DNA from: a virus
Taxonomy: Duplodnaviria; Caudoviricetes
IMG/VR virus record: IMGVR_UViG_3300037423_001507
Span: 1 to 29,487 of that record
DNA: 29,487 bases
Strand: one strand, 5' to 3'
Part shown: one piece after another, positions 18,085-26,234 of the stretch
Layout: every line of letters starts with the position of its first letter
How positions within the stretch are numbered: position 1 is the stretch's first letter
Notes under the pieces: generated by a model
Database searches by the model: none
Seen by the model: the letters and a program-made list of their open reading frames with translations, nothing else
What the model was told of the DNA's origin: nothing
Translations under genes and position numbers: made by a program

Positions 18085-18101
18085 TTTAGTCCTTTCTCAG
18101 C

Positions 18102-18455
18102 ATGGCACTCCACACCAACCTGCCGATCTACAAGGTCGCCTACGATCTCCTGGTGCTCGTCGCTAACCTGTCGAAGAACATGCCGCGCGACTTCAAGGCA
18201 TCAATCGGCGGCAAGCTTCGCGACGAGACCGTCGAGATCGTGACCTTGATCTTTCGCGCCAACGTGGCGCGTGAGAAGGCTCGCCATCTAGATGCGCTGA
18301 TCGAGCGCGTGCAGGTGGCTGAACTGCTGCTGCGGGTGGCGCGCGACATGCGCCTCATCGCGGTGAAGCAGTATGCCAGCGCGATCGAGCTGACTACCAG
18401 CGTCAGCAAGCAGGCCAATGGATGGCGCCGTTCCGCAATGCCGCCCGCTTCATGA
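18102..18455 (+). CDS. avd: DGR accessory variability determinant (Avd, four-helix bundle)
   Basis: LPIYKVAYDL...MPRDFKASIG...KQANGW pattern; 117 aa basic protein between target and TR/RT. Confidence 0.88.
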   Translation: MALHTNLPIYKVAYDLLVLVANLSKNMPRDFKASIGGKLRDETVEIVTLIFRANVAREKARHLDALIERVQVAELLLRVARDMRLIAVKQYASAIELTTSVSKQANGWRRSAMPPAS

Positions 18456-19852
18456 TGGTCAAGGCCACCATGACTGTGCGAACTTTTAATCTGGTCGTGC
18501 CGCTGGCTCACGAGGCCACCGCCATGCGCACCGCAGATACCACTCGACAGTGTTCGGGCAGGTCCGGCGCAGTTTCCCCGCTGATCGGCCGCTGCGGCCT
18601 TCGGTGGGGCGATGTAGATAGCACGAATAACCGCAGCACGCTGCCAACGACGACTATGCCTGGAATCAGAACTTCAACAACGGCAACCAGAACTACAACA
18701 ACAAGTCGGCCAGGCTTCGCGCCCGCGCGGTCCGCAGGTTATCCCGGCCGCCACCATGCTGATTTTTCTTTCGAGGAGCTGGTCCTAGCCTATCTGGACT
18801 GCCGCCAGACGAAGCGCACATCTGCCAGCGCCATAGCGTTTGAACAGGACCAGGAGCGCAATCTGGCGCGGCTGCACGACGAGCTGCTTGATGGCACCTA
18901 CCATCCGGGCCGGTCGATCTGCTTCGTCATCACCCGCCCAAAAGCGCGCGAAGTCTGGGCGGCGGACTTCCGTGACCGTATCGTGCACCACCTGCTCTAC
19001 AACCGCATCGCGCCGCGTTTTCACGCCTCGTTCATCGCTGATACCTGCGCATGCATCCCGGGCCGCGGCACGTTGTATGCGGCACGGCGCCTCGAGTCGA
19101 AGATTCGCGCAGCCTCCGGAAACTGGAGCAAGCCTCTGTGGTACCTGAAGTGCGATCTAGCCAACTTCTTCGTCACGATCGACAAGCGTGTTTTATGGAA
19201 GCTTATCGCGGTCCGTGTGACCGAGCCCTGGTGGCTGTGGCTCGCTGGAGTGGTCCTGTTCCACGACCCGCGGCAAGACTTTGAAATGCGCGGCGATCGA
19301 CGCCTGCTCGAGCGTGTGCCGGCGCACAAGCGGCTGGCCAGCCAGCCGAGCCATCTTGGCCTTCCAATCGGGAACTTGTCGTCGCAGTTCTTCGCCAACA
19401 TCTACCTCGACGTGCTCGACCAGTACGCGAAGCACAGGATCGGGGCGCGCCACTACGTGCGCTACGTCGACGACTTCGTGCTGCTGCACGGGTCGCCGCG
19501 GTGGCTGAACGAAGCGCTGGCCAAGATTAACAAATTCTTGCCGGCGAAGCTGGGCGCGCGCCTCAACCCCACCAAGACGGTCCTGCAGCCGGTCGACCGC
19601 GGCGTCGACTTCGTCGGACAGCTGATCAAGCCATGGCATATGAGAACCAGGCGCCGCACGGTGCGTCAGGCCATCACGCGCGTGCGCACGATGGATGCGG
19701 ACAACGTGCACTCAGCGGCTAACAGCTACTTCGGGCTGCTGCGCCAGGCATCCCACAGCCACGTCGACCGGGCGGCGCTGGCAAGAGCGGTGCTCCGGCG
19801 CGCGCATGCCGTCGACGGCGGCCTGACCAAGACCTATCGGAGGTCCAAATGA
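18452..19852 (+). CDS. DGR reverse transcriptase (start uncertain; in-frame ATGs include 18452 and 18656)
   Basis: FRDRIVHH, YLKCDLANFF, GLPIGNLSSQFFAN (DGR-type SQ motif), YVRYVDDFV, GVDFVG; no maturase or endonuclease domain. Confidence 0.95.
   Translation: MMVKATMTVRTFNLVVPLAHEATAMRTADTTRQCSGRSGAVSPLIGRCGLRWGDVDSTNNRSTLPTTTMPGIRTSTTATRTTTTSRPGFAPARSAGYPGRHHADFSFEELVLAYLDCRQTKRTSASAIAFEQDQERNLARLHDELLDGTYHPGRSICFVITRPKAREVWAADFRDRIVHHLLYNRIAPRFHASFIADTCACIPGRGTLYAARRLESKIRAASGNWSKPLWYLKCDLANFFVTIDKRVLWKLIAVRVTEPWWLWLAGVVLFHDPRQDFEMRGDRRLLERVPAHKRLASQPSHLGLPIGNLSSQFFANIYLDVLDQYAKHRIGARHYVRYVDDFVLLHGSPRWLNEALAKINKFLPAKLGARLNPTKTVLQPVDRGVDFVGQLIKPWHMRTRRRTVRQAITRVRTMDADNVHSAANSYFGLLRQASHSHVDRAALARAVLRRAHAVDGGLTKTYRRSK
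18634..18738 (+). repeat. DGR template repeat (TR)
   Basis: AAC-rich copy of both VRs (9 AAY codons and 30 adenines in 105 nt) between avd and the RT core. Confidence 0.95.
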
Positions 19853-20115
19853 AAGAAGTGCCATCCAGGCCGGCTGTGCTCGACGCCCTGCTAAACCCCG
19901 AAGCTTACCTGCACCAGGCGCGGCTTCTCTGGCTTCTCTCCGCCGGCCGTCCAGTTCTTCACGATGGAAGCAACAAATATATCCATACGGTCACCGCGCA
20001 GCAGGCTGGCGGAGCGATTGAAATGGCCGTGTACTTTTCGGGTGATCCAACACCCGTCGATAGCTCGCTGATTCAACTGAAGACAATAACGAATGAAAGG
20101 GATGAGGATGAATAA
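19849..20115 (+). CDS. hypothetical protein
   Basis: GGAGG RBS; ATGA overlap with the RT stop. Confidence 0.65.
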   Translation: MKEVPSRPAVLDALLNPEAYLHQARLLWLLSAGRPVLHDGSNKYIHTVTAQQAGGAIEMAVYFSGDPTPVDSSLIQLKTITNERDEDE

Positions 20116-21337
20116 AAATACTGAAGACGGCGCCTGCCATGACCGGGCGCGCAAGGTGGGCGCCGCGAAGGGCGGCAATGGAGAAGACTTCGACCACGAC
20201 GAGTCGTATCAGGTATGGCGCGGCGCACCGCAAGAGCGGGCGGCAGTGCCGGAAGGGCTGGTGCTCATGCCGAAGGCGCTCACGGCCGAGAACGGCGCGA
20301 AATCAGTATTAGTAGGCGAGTTCAAGGAAACGTTGCGCCTTGGCTGCCCCGACTGCGATCCTGACGGCGAAAGCTGCGACACATGCGGCGATGCTGGCGA
20401 GGTGGCGCACGAAGTAACTATCAGCTGGGACACGATCAAGCGCATCTACGCGCTGGCCGTCGAGCGCCTCGCCGCCCCTGCTCCAGCAGTCGCGCAGGAA
20501 GACGAACGGCAAGCCGGCCGCGACCTGAACAACACTCCCTGCCCGAAGTGCGGCCGGCGCATTGGGGTTCACACGCAGGTGGATTGGGAAGAGTGCTTTG
20601 GCGTCAAGACACCTCCAGATGAGGAAGAGGAGGGCGAGCAGGTCGCGCCTGATGATGGAATGTTCTCGTCGGACTGGAAAGACGGCTACTCAGTCGGGTT
20701 CCAGGCCGCGAAAAAGCTATCCTCTCCTGCCGCCGCCAGCTCCGAGAGCGTCGATACGCCGGAACTGCGCCGCTTGCTCTACGCGTTGTCTTGCACAACA
20801 GGCGCGGAGAACAAGGAGATCGAGCGTCGCGTCATCGCCCACATCGAATCCCTGATCGCTGCGCGGGTAGCTGGCGCACAGGCCGCGCCATCCGATGTAT
20901 TGGTAACGGCTCGTGATGCAATCAACGGGCTGTTGCGGCAATTCACTGGTACGCCTTCGTCCTTGAAGGACAGTACCGCGCGTGCTCAGGGCCATGCCGC
21001 GATCAAGGAAATTGACGCCGCGATGGGGGCACAGGCCGCGCCTGATGCGGTGCGCGATGCGGCGCTGGCCTTTGCCGACCACATCATCAACGGCATGTTC
21101 GAGGGTGGGGACTGGCGCGGCGAGAACGTACAGGAACTGGCAATCAAGTATGGCCTGCTCAAGCAGCAGACGATGGAGAAGCCATGCGGCGAAGATGGGG
21201 CCTGTCAATGCGCGCAAAACGTGCCGTTCTTCCCGGCCGTCTGCTATCGCAAGACCTACATGGATGCGCTCAAGCGCGCCGCCAGCACCCCGGCAGACGA
21301 CAGCCAGCCCGCTGTGGGCGCGGGAGGTCAATTGTGA
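20108..21337 (+). CDS. mosaic nin/ea-region phage protein with Cys motifs
   Basis: VPEGLVLMPKALTAENGAK..GEF module, CPDC/CDTC and CPKC motifs, Ala/Pro linkers. Confidence 0.7.
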   Translation: MNKNTEDGACHDRARKVGAAKGGNGEDFDHDESYQVWRGAPQERAAVPEGLVLMPKALTAENGAKSVLVGEFKETLRLGCPDCDPDGESCDTCGDAGEVAHEVTISWDTIKRIYALAVERLAAPAPAVAQEDERQAGRDLNNTPCPKCGRRIGVHTQVDWEECFGVKTPPDEEEEGEQVAPDDGMFSSDWKDGYSVGFQAAKKLSSPAAASSESVDTPELRRLLYALSCTTGAENKEIERRVIAHIESLIAARVAGAQAAPSDVLVTARDAINGLLRQFTGTPSSLKDSTARAQGHAAIKEIDAAMGAQAAPDAVRDAALAFADHIINGMFEGGDWRGENVQELAIKYGLLKQQTMEKPCGEDGACQCAQNVPFFPAVCYRKTYMDALKRAASTPADDSQPAVGAGGQL

Positions 21338-21888
21338 ACCAGGCAACCGAACATCAGGTGCACCTGCTGCACCACACGCTGGGCGTGACACCGCAACGCC
21401 GCGCTCCGTACCGCAACCACTTCGTCGCCAGCCGCGGCCACGACGACCTGCTCGACCTGAAGGCGCTCGAAGCGGCAGGGCTGATGGCACGAAGCCGGAC
21501 GCCGAAGTTCTGCGACCCCGACGACATGGTGTTCCATGTCACCGACGCGGGCCGGGATTTCGCCCTGGAAAACCTGCCGCAGCCGCCGAAGCGAACCCGG
21601 TACGAGGAATACCTGGACGCGGACACTGGTCACAGCTTCGTTGAATTCCTGGGCATCAACCCGCCGCGTGTGGAGTGGAACCGCGAATGGGGCAACGCGA
21701 GCCGATACCGCTATGTGCGCCTGGACTGGCGCTACCGGCAGGAAGTCATCGGCGAGTGGAAGCCTAGCAAGAAAGAGGCAAAAGCCAGCTACAAGGCGGC
21801 CCTGAAAAAACACAACGATGAGGCGCGCGCATGGCAGAGAGCACCCGCCCAGCAGGCAGACGACAGCCAGAAAGGCGGTGCAGTATGA
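21334..21888 (+). CDS. hypothetical phage protein
   Basis: GGAGG RBS, GTG start; LLHHTLG...YRNHFVA motif. Confidence 0.7.
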   Translation: MNQATEHQVHLLHHTLGVTPQRRAPYRNHFVASRGHDDLLDLKALEAAGLMARSRTPKFCDPDDMVFHVTDAGRDFALENLPQPPKRTRYEEYLDADTGHSFVEFLGINPPRVEWNREWGNASRYRYVRLDWRYRQEVIGEWKPSKKEAKASYKAALKKHNDEARAWQRAPAQQADDSQKGGAV

Positions 21889-22109
21889 GTCGGAACATGG
21901 TCGCGGTTTTCGCAATCGTCGCAATAGCGCTCATCTCAGTCACGACCGTAATGAACTTGAACTGGTCGAAGGCCAACGCCGAGAACAACGCGTTCGCTAA
22001 GGACTGCAACGACCGTGGTGGTATCGCTCGTTTTGATATAGACGCCCGGCAGTGCATTGGCGCGCACCGCGCACCCTCTCAGGACAGCCAGAAAGTCGGC
22101 GGCAAATGA
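21885..22109 (+). CDS. small membrane-anchored protein
   Basis: N-terminal hydrophobic helix; ATGA overlaps. Confidence 0.6.
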   Translation: MSRNMVAVFAIVAIALISVTTVMNLNWSKANAENNAFAKDCNDRGGIARFDIDARQCIGAHRAPSQDSQKVGGK

Positions 22110-22321
22110 ACGCGCACCAGCGCCGAGTCGCCCGCCGCAAGGACCGCCACTATTGGGACGAGTCGCCATCGTATGCCGACCTGTATGCCAGTGACGGCGA
22201 CTGCTTTAGCGATGACGACGAGCGCGAAGCATGCACGGCGTGCGACGGCGATGGCCGCGATCCAATGACTGATTACTTGCTGCCGTGCGAGGTGTGCGGC
22301 GGCGATGGATATTTCGATTAA
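22106..22321 (+). CDS. small DnaJ-type zinc-finger protein
   Basis: CTACDGDG...CEVCGGDG. Confidence 0.6.
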   Translation: MNAHQRRVARRKDRHYWDESPSYADLYASDGDCFSDDDEREACTACDGDGRDPMTDYLLPCEVCGGDGYFD

Positions 22322-22329
22322 GGACAACC

Positions 22330-23304
22330 ATGACCGACAAGAGCACCACCGCAGGCATCGACCTGGACAAGCTGACGCGATACGACCACCAAGGCTGCGT
22401 CATGGCTCCCGATGCGACCGGCGATTACTTCCTCGTTGCCGACGTGCGCGAACTGCTTTCCGCGCCGCGCGTGAGCGAACAGGCGGACGAGCGGGCGCTA
22501 TGGGAAAAATGGGCGGAACACGAGGCCCGAGTGGCATACCGCTCGGAGAAGCATGGTCTCGTGTTCTATGACGCCGGGACGAAGACCGCATCATGGGTTG
22601 CATGGCAGGCCCGCGCGGCCCTCACCCAGCAAGCCGCGCCCGAAGCGCCTGCCGACAAGCCCGCTGGCCTTATCGTAGCAACTTCGGTAACGGATGATTC
22701 GATTGTCGTCATCGTCAGCATGAAGCAGGGCGACGTAACGACCGTACTGTACTCAAGGAACCATTCACTCAACGGTGAATCTCTTGGGACGGCACTGCTC
22801 GCCGCCGCATCCCCTGCGGCCACCACGGCAAGCGCGAGCGGTAACAGCTTCCGCGATCACCTGCAAAGGTGCAGCGACGAGGTTGCGACGTGGCCCGACT
22901 GGAAGCGCGCCCCAGCACCCAGCCATGAGGCTGCGCCGCTGGACGATGGTTTCCTGTACATGTGCGCAATCGAGGCTGCTTACCCGATACCGAACAATCC
23001 TCACAATTCGGTCGTGCAGCGCGCGATGGACAGCCGGATTGCATTCAGGAAGGGCTGGGACGCTGCGCGCGATGCCGTCGCCCAGCAGGGCGCAGGACAG
23101 GCAGCGCAGGCTGGGGCGGATGAGACGAAGGATGCGGCGCGGTATCGCTGGCTGCGTGACAAGAGCGAGCCGGGAATCTGCGCGTTTTACTTGTCGGTGG
23201 GCCAGGCTTTCAAAGGTGTGAAGTTCGCGCGTGAGACTGTGGATGAAGCCATCGACGCCGCCATGTCCGCCGCTACGGCAAGCCAGAAGGGAGAGCAGGC
23301 ATGA
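22330..23304 (+). CDS. mosaic phage protein
   Basis: AAGGA RBS; WVAWQARAAL and KDAARYRWLRD modules typical of lambdoid early-left proteins. Confidence 0.7.
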   Translation: MTDKSTTAGIDLDKLTRYDHQGCVMAPDATGDYFLVADVRELLSAPRVSEQADERALWEKWAEHEARVAYRSEKHGLVFYDAGTKTASWVAWQARAALTQQAAPEAPADKPAGLIVATSVTDDSIVVIVSMKQGDVTTVLYSRNHSLNGESLGTALLAAASPAATTASASGNSFRDHLQRCSDEVATWPDWKRAPAPSHEAAPLDDGFLYMCAIEAAYPIPNNPHNSVVQRAMDSRIAFRKGWDAARDAVAQQGAGQAAQAGADETKDAARYRWLRDKSEPGICAFYLSVGQAFKGVKFARETVDEAIDAAMSAATASQKGEQA

Positions 23305-23954
23305 AAGAGCGCCGGATCCTTTTCAGTGCCCCGATGGTGCGCGCGCTGCTCGACGGCACCAAAACGCAAACGCGGCGCGTGGTGAAAGACCTTCCGCCGT
23401 GGGAGATAACCGAAATCTGCCACGATGCCGGCGGAACGGGGAAGTGGATGCCGAATGGCCCCTCTCCAAGTGGCAAGGGAATGGCGGCCGGGCATTGGAG
23501 ACATTGCCCCTACGGCCGGTCCGGCGACCGCCTGTGGGTGCGCGAGTCCTTCGTCGCCTTCGGCCGCTGGGAGACCCGTTACAGCGAGAAGAAGCAGCGC
23601 GACGAGTGGCACTTCGTGGACTTGACGCTGGAGACCGACCAAGCCTATCGATTCGACGGCGCGGATCCTGATGCTCGCCGCCGTACTGGCGCGGCGCCGA
23701 CCTGGCACAGCCGCCCGTCGCTGTTCATGCCGCGCGCGGCCAGCCGCATCCTGCTCGACGTCGTCAGCGTGCGCGTCGAGCGGCTGCAGGACATCAGCCA
23801 CGAGGATGCGGAGTGTGAAGGCGTGAAGTGCAATTACTCGGCTTTGGGCTTTCGCGACCACTACCGGCACCTTTGGGAGAGTATCAACGGCCCTAGCAGC
23901 TGGGACGCCAACCCATGGGTGTGGGTGGTCGAATTCAAGCGGGTGCAGCCATGA
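23301..23954 (+). CDS. conserved phage ASCH/PUA-like protein
   Basis: MKERRILFSAPMVRALLDGTKTQTRR, CPYG..GDRLWVRE, PSLFMPR.ASRI, WDANPWVWVVEF. Confidence 0.85.
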   Translation: MKERRILFSAPMVRALLDGTKTQTRRVVKDLPPWEITEICHDAGGTGKWMPNGPSPSGKGMAAGHWRHCPYGRSGDRLWVRESFVAFGRWETRYSEKKQRDEWHFVDLTLETDQAYRFDGADPDARRRTGAAPTWHSRPSLFMPRAASRILLDVVSVRVERLQDISHEDAECEGVKCNYSALGFRDHYRHLWESINGPSSWDANPWVWVVEFKRVQP

Positions 23955-24100
23955 TTGACCGCCGCGCATCCGCAAGCCAGCATCTGGCCGCCGGCGCGTA
24001 CCTGCAGCTGCTGTTAAGGATGGGCGTGCGGGTGCGGCCTTGGACAATCAGGCCGTCCAGCGAATTGGAGAGCAATGTAATCGCAGCAAGGAGCGAATGA
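23951..24100 (+). CDS. small hypothetical protein
   Basis: ATGA overlaps at both ends. Confidence 0.45.
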   Translation: MIDRRASASQHLAAGAYLQLLLRMGVRVRPWTIRPSSELESNVIAARSE

Positions 24101-24336
24101 CGATGGCGGGGACCGGTTACCTAAGCGCCGATGAACTGGCGGAGCTGATCGACTGCAGACCCAATCAGCGCAGTAAAATGATTTCATGGTTGACCACAAA
24201 CCGCTGGCGGTTTGAGGTTGCATCGAGCGGACTGCCGCGGGTCGCCCGGGCGTACCATGACAGGAAGATGGGCATCACAGAGGAAAAATCGCAGGCCAAG
24301 TATGCCGAAACACCAAACCTCAGCGCCTTCACGTAA
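24097..24336 (+). CDS. DUF4224-like putative excisionase
   Basis: AAGGAG RBS; YLSADELAEL...WL...G.PRVARAY; overlaps the integrase start. Confidence 0.75.
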   Translation: MTMAGTGYLSADELAELIDCRPNQRSKMISWLTTNRWRFEVASSGLPRVARAYHDRKMGITEEKSQAKYAETPNLSAFT

Positions 24337-25591
24337 GGAGCGCACCGGGATCGATCGGCTTTACAAGCGAGTCGGCAAGCGCAAGGTCTCGTTCTATTAT
24401 CAGCATCCGGACGGTACCAGCGAGACGCTTGCCACCGCAACCTTGGGGGATCGCCAGGCCACCATCGAGGCCGAGCGAACCGCCAAGCGCAAAGCGCTTG
24501 ATATCCAGCAGGGCGTAATCGTCGCAGGGTCCGTCGCGGATCTTATCGATCGGTTCAGGACGGACGAAGACCCTCATCACTACCGTGACCAGTCCAAGGA
24601 CGGCATCGCCGTACGCCGCGGAGTTTACGAAAACCTCATCAGGTTTTTCGGACAGATGCACCCCACGGCGCTAAAGACGATTCATGGTTATCAATACGTT
24701 GAGGCTAGAGCCAAGGCCGGTGCCCCGGTCAAGGCGTGGAAGGAGCTCTACGCTTTCTCCACGATCTGTAAGAAAGCTATCCGCTGGGGCGTCATGGAGC
24801 ACAACCCATTTACGGATATGGACACCGACCCCCACGATAAGGACGTTCGGACGGTAGAGCGCTCGCAGGTCGTGAGGTTCTATCTCTGGAGCCGCCGCCA
24901 AGACAATCGGAATGCGCGCTTGATGGGATGCCTTGCGATGTTCACCTACCTGACGGGCTTCCGTGCTGCAGAGGTTCGCCCGCTGCTAAAGACTGCCGTC
25001 ACGAAACAAGGGGTTGCGGTCGAGGGGGCGAAGCGCAAAAAAGGAGAGGCGCCAGTCCTGAAACTCCGAGAGTGGACGCCGCGGCTACGTTTGGTGGTTG
25101 CACGTATCGAACAGGCTCAGGTACATATGGCGCAGATGCCAGCAGAAGTCGTGCAAACTCTGGCGCAAATTACGGTTAAGATCGCCTCTGGGATGTCAGC
25201 CAAGTCCGCTGTAAAAGAAGCCGGGATGAAGGAGTCCACCTATTACTATTGGCTCAAGCGGGCCAAGAAAGATGAGCGCGTGAAGCCAACCGAGTCGACC
25301 TACCTATTCCCGGCAAAGGGCGGAAAATGCTACACGAAAAGCGGACTGTTTTCGACCTGGCAGGATGTGATGCTTGACTACGTGCGCTCGCTCGACGCTG
25401 GCGTGACAGCGGATAAGTTGGTTGAGCACCGGGACTATTACTCTCCGCTTGACATTCGCCCCGCCGCGATCACTGCCAAACTCGAGAGCCGCGACGCCGA
25501 CGCCTACGATTTCGCGGCCCACGCCAATCCCGCGACCACGCACAGGCACTACGACCGGCGCAAGGTCAAAAAGGCGAAGGCAACGGAATAA
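24302..25591 (+). CDS. int: tyrosine recombinase / phage integrase
   Basis: YLTGFRAAEV (catalytic R), LDIR, AAHANPATTHRHY (H...Y); adjacent to the tRNA att core. Confidence 0.9.
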   Translation: MPKHQTSAPSRKERTGIDRLYKRVGKRKVSFYYQHPDGTSETLATATLGDRQATIEAERTAKRKALDIQQGVIVAGSVADLIDRFRTDEDPHHYRDQSKDGIAVRRGVYENLIRFFGQMHPTALKTIHGYQYVEARAKAGAPVKAWKELYAFSTICKKAIRWGVMEHNPFTDMDTDPHDKDVRTVERSQVVRFYLWSRRQDNRNARLMGCLAMFTYLTGFRAAEVRPLLKTAVTKQGVAVEGAKRKKGEAPVLKLREWTPRLRLVVARIEQAQVHMAQMPAEVVQTLAQITVKIASGMSAKSAVKEAGMKESTYYYWLKRAKKDERVKPTESTYLFPAKGGKCYTKSGLFSTWQDVMLDYVRSLDAGVTADKLVEHRDYYSPLDIRPAAITAKLESRDADAYDFAAHANPATTHRHYDRRKVKKAKATE

Positions 25592-25603
25592 AGACGCGCG
25601 AAA

Positions 25604-25850
25604 ATTTTCCAACGGATGCCTTGAAACCCGCATGGCTGGCACTGTTTTGTAGCGTATCCGTTGGAACGAAAAATCGGTAAGTGACTGAATAATCTATGAA
25701 AAACCACACCTCAATGCTGGATTGTGATTCCTGTCGTCGTGGGTTCGAGTCCCATCAGCCACCCCAAAATTCCCAGTAAATTCAGGTAGTTATAACAGGC
25801 CACTGGTTTCAGCATCTGAAATTTACAACGCAAACGGCGATTTTCCAACG
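25604..25850. promoter_or_regulatory. attP-like region with integrase arm-type repeats and IHF-like sites
   Basis: TTCCAACG family repeats at 25604-25617, 25656-25666 (inverted), 25821-25830 and 25840-25850; ATTCAGnnnnTTA at 25678-25690 (minus) and 25780-25792 (plus). Confidence 0.6.
25719..25766 (+). repeat. att core: 3' portion of tRNA-His(GTG), not an intact tRNA
   Basis: GGATTGTGATTCC anticodon arm, GTGGGTTCGAGTCCCAT T-arm, CAGCCACCCCA 3' end; no D-arm or 5' acceptor strand upstream. Confidence 0.88.
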
Positions 25851-25864
25851 AGCGCCACACAAAT

Positions 25865-25888
25865 GAGCCGCAGATAAGCGGCTTTTTT
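25865..25888 (+). terminator. intrinsic terminator downstream of the att core
   Basis: GAGCCGC-AGATAA-GCGGCTT followed by a T run. Confidence 0.7.
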
Positions 25889-25899
25889 GTTGCCTCAAC

Positions 25900-26205
25900 T
25901 TATCCGCTCCTGCTTCCTTCTAGCACCACCGCCCGCCATTCCTGCACATACCCAGCGTCGTCGGTGCCCTTCTCGTAGCCGCGGAACAGCATGCCATTGC
26001 CGTGCATCGTCACCAGTTTGGCATCGTACAGGCTCTGGATGATCGGCTTGCGCTGCTGCTCGTCCTCGATGGCCGCTAGACTCAGCTCCAGAATGCCGGC
26101 CACCGCGGCCAGGCGCATATCGCCGGTCGTGCCCGGGTCGTTTTGGATGTCATGGTCGCTGCGGCGCTTGCCGCGCTCGCGGAGGCGGGTGATGGTGGCG
26201 TACAT
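25900..26205 (-). CDS. hypothetical protein (MYATITRLRERGKRR...)
   Basis: 101 aa ORF with protein-like composition. Confidence 0.65.
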   Translation of the reverse strand: MYATITRLRERGKRRSDHDIQNDPGTTGDMRLAAVAGILELSLAAIEDEQQRKPIIQSLYDAKLVTMHGNGMLFRGYEKGTDDAGYVQEWRAVVLEGSRSG

Positions 26206-26234
26206 GGGCGCGAGTGTAGCACTGTTGACCCAGC

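Larger units (their letters stand above)
17470..19852 (+). mobile_element. diversity-generating retroelement core cassette (target-avd-TR-RT)
   Basis: All components present in canonical order with adenine-specific TR/VR mismatches. Confidence 0.95.
1..25766. mobile_element. lambdoid temperate phage (early and regulatory modules), continuing beyond the left edge and possibly past the att core
   Basis: int-xis, PL operon, cI/cro switch, replication genes and Q/pR' in lambdoid order. Confidence 0.92.

Noticed and set aside
18640-18705. AAC microsatellite or CRISPR-like array
   Set aside because: Explained by the Asn codons of the DGR template repeat; no repeat-spacer array is seen in the window
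18756-18788. Programmed frameshift start for RT from the ATG at 18756
   Set aside because: Only a T5 run with no canonical slippery heptamer; in-frame upstream ATGs are a simpler explanation
18452-19852. RT as group II intron, retron or Abi RT
   Set aside because: It has the SQ motif, an adjacent avd and adenine-specific TR/VR pairs, and lacks maturase and endonuclease domains
25690-25766. Intact tRNA-His gene
   Set aside because: Only the anticodon arm through CCA is present; upstream sequence cannot form the D-arm or 5' acceptor strand
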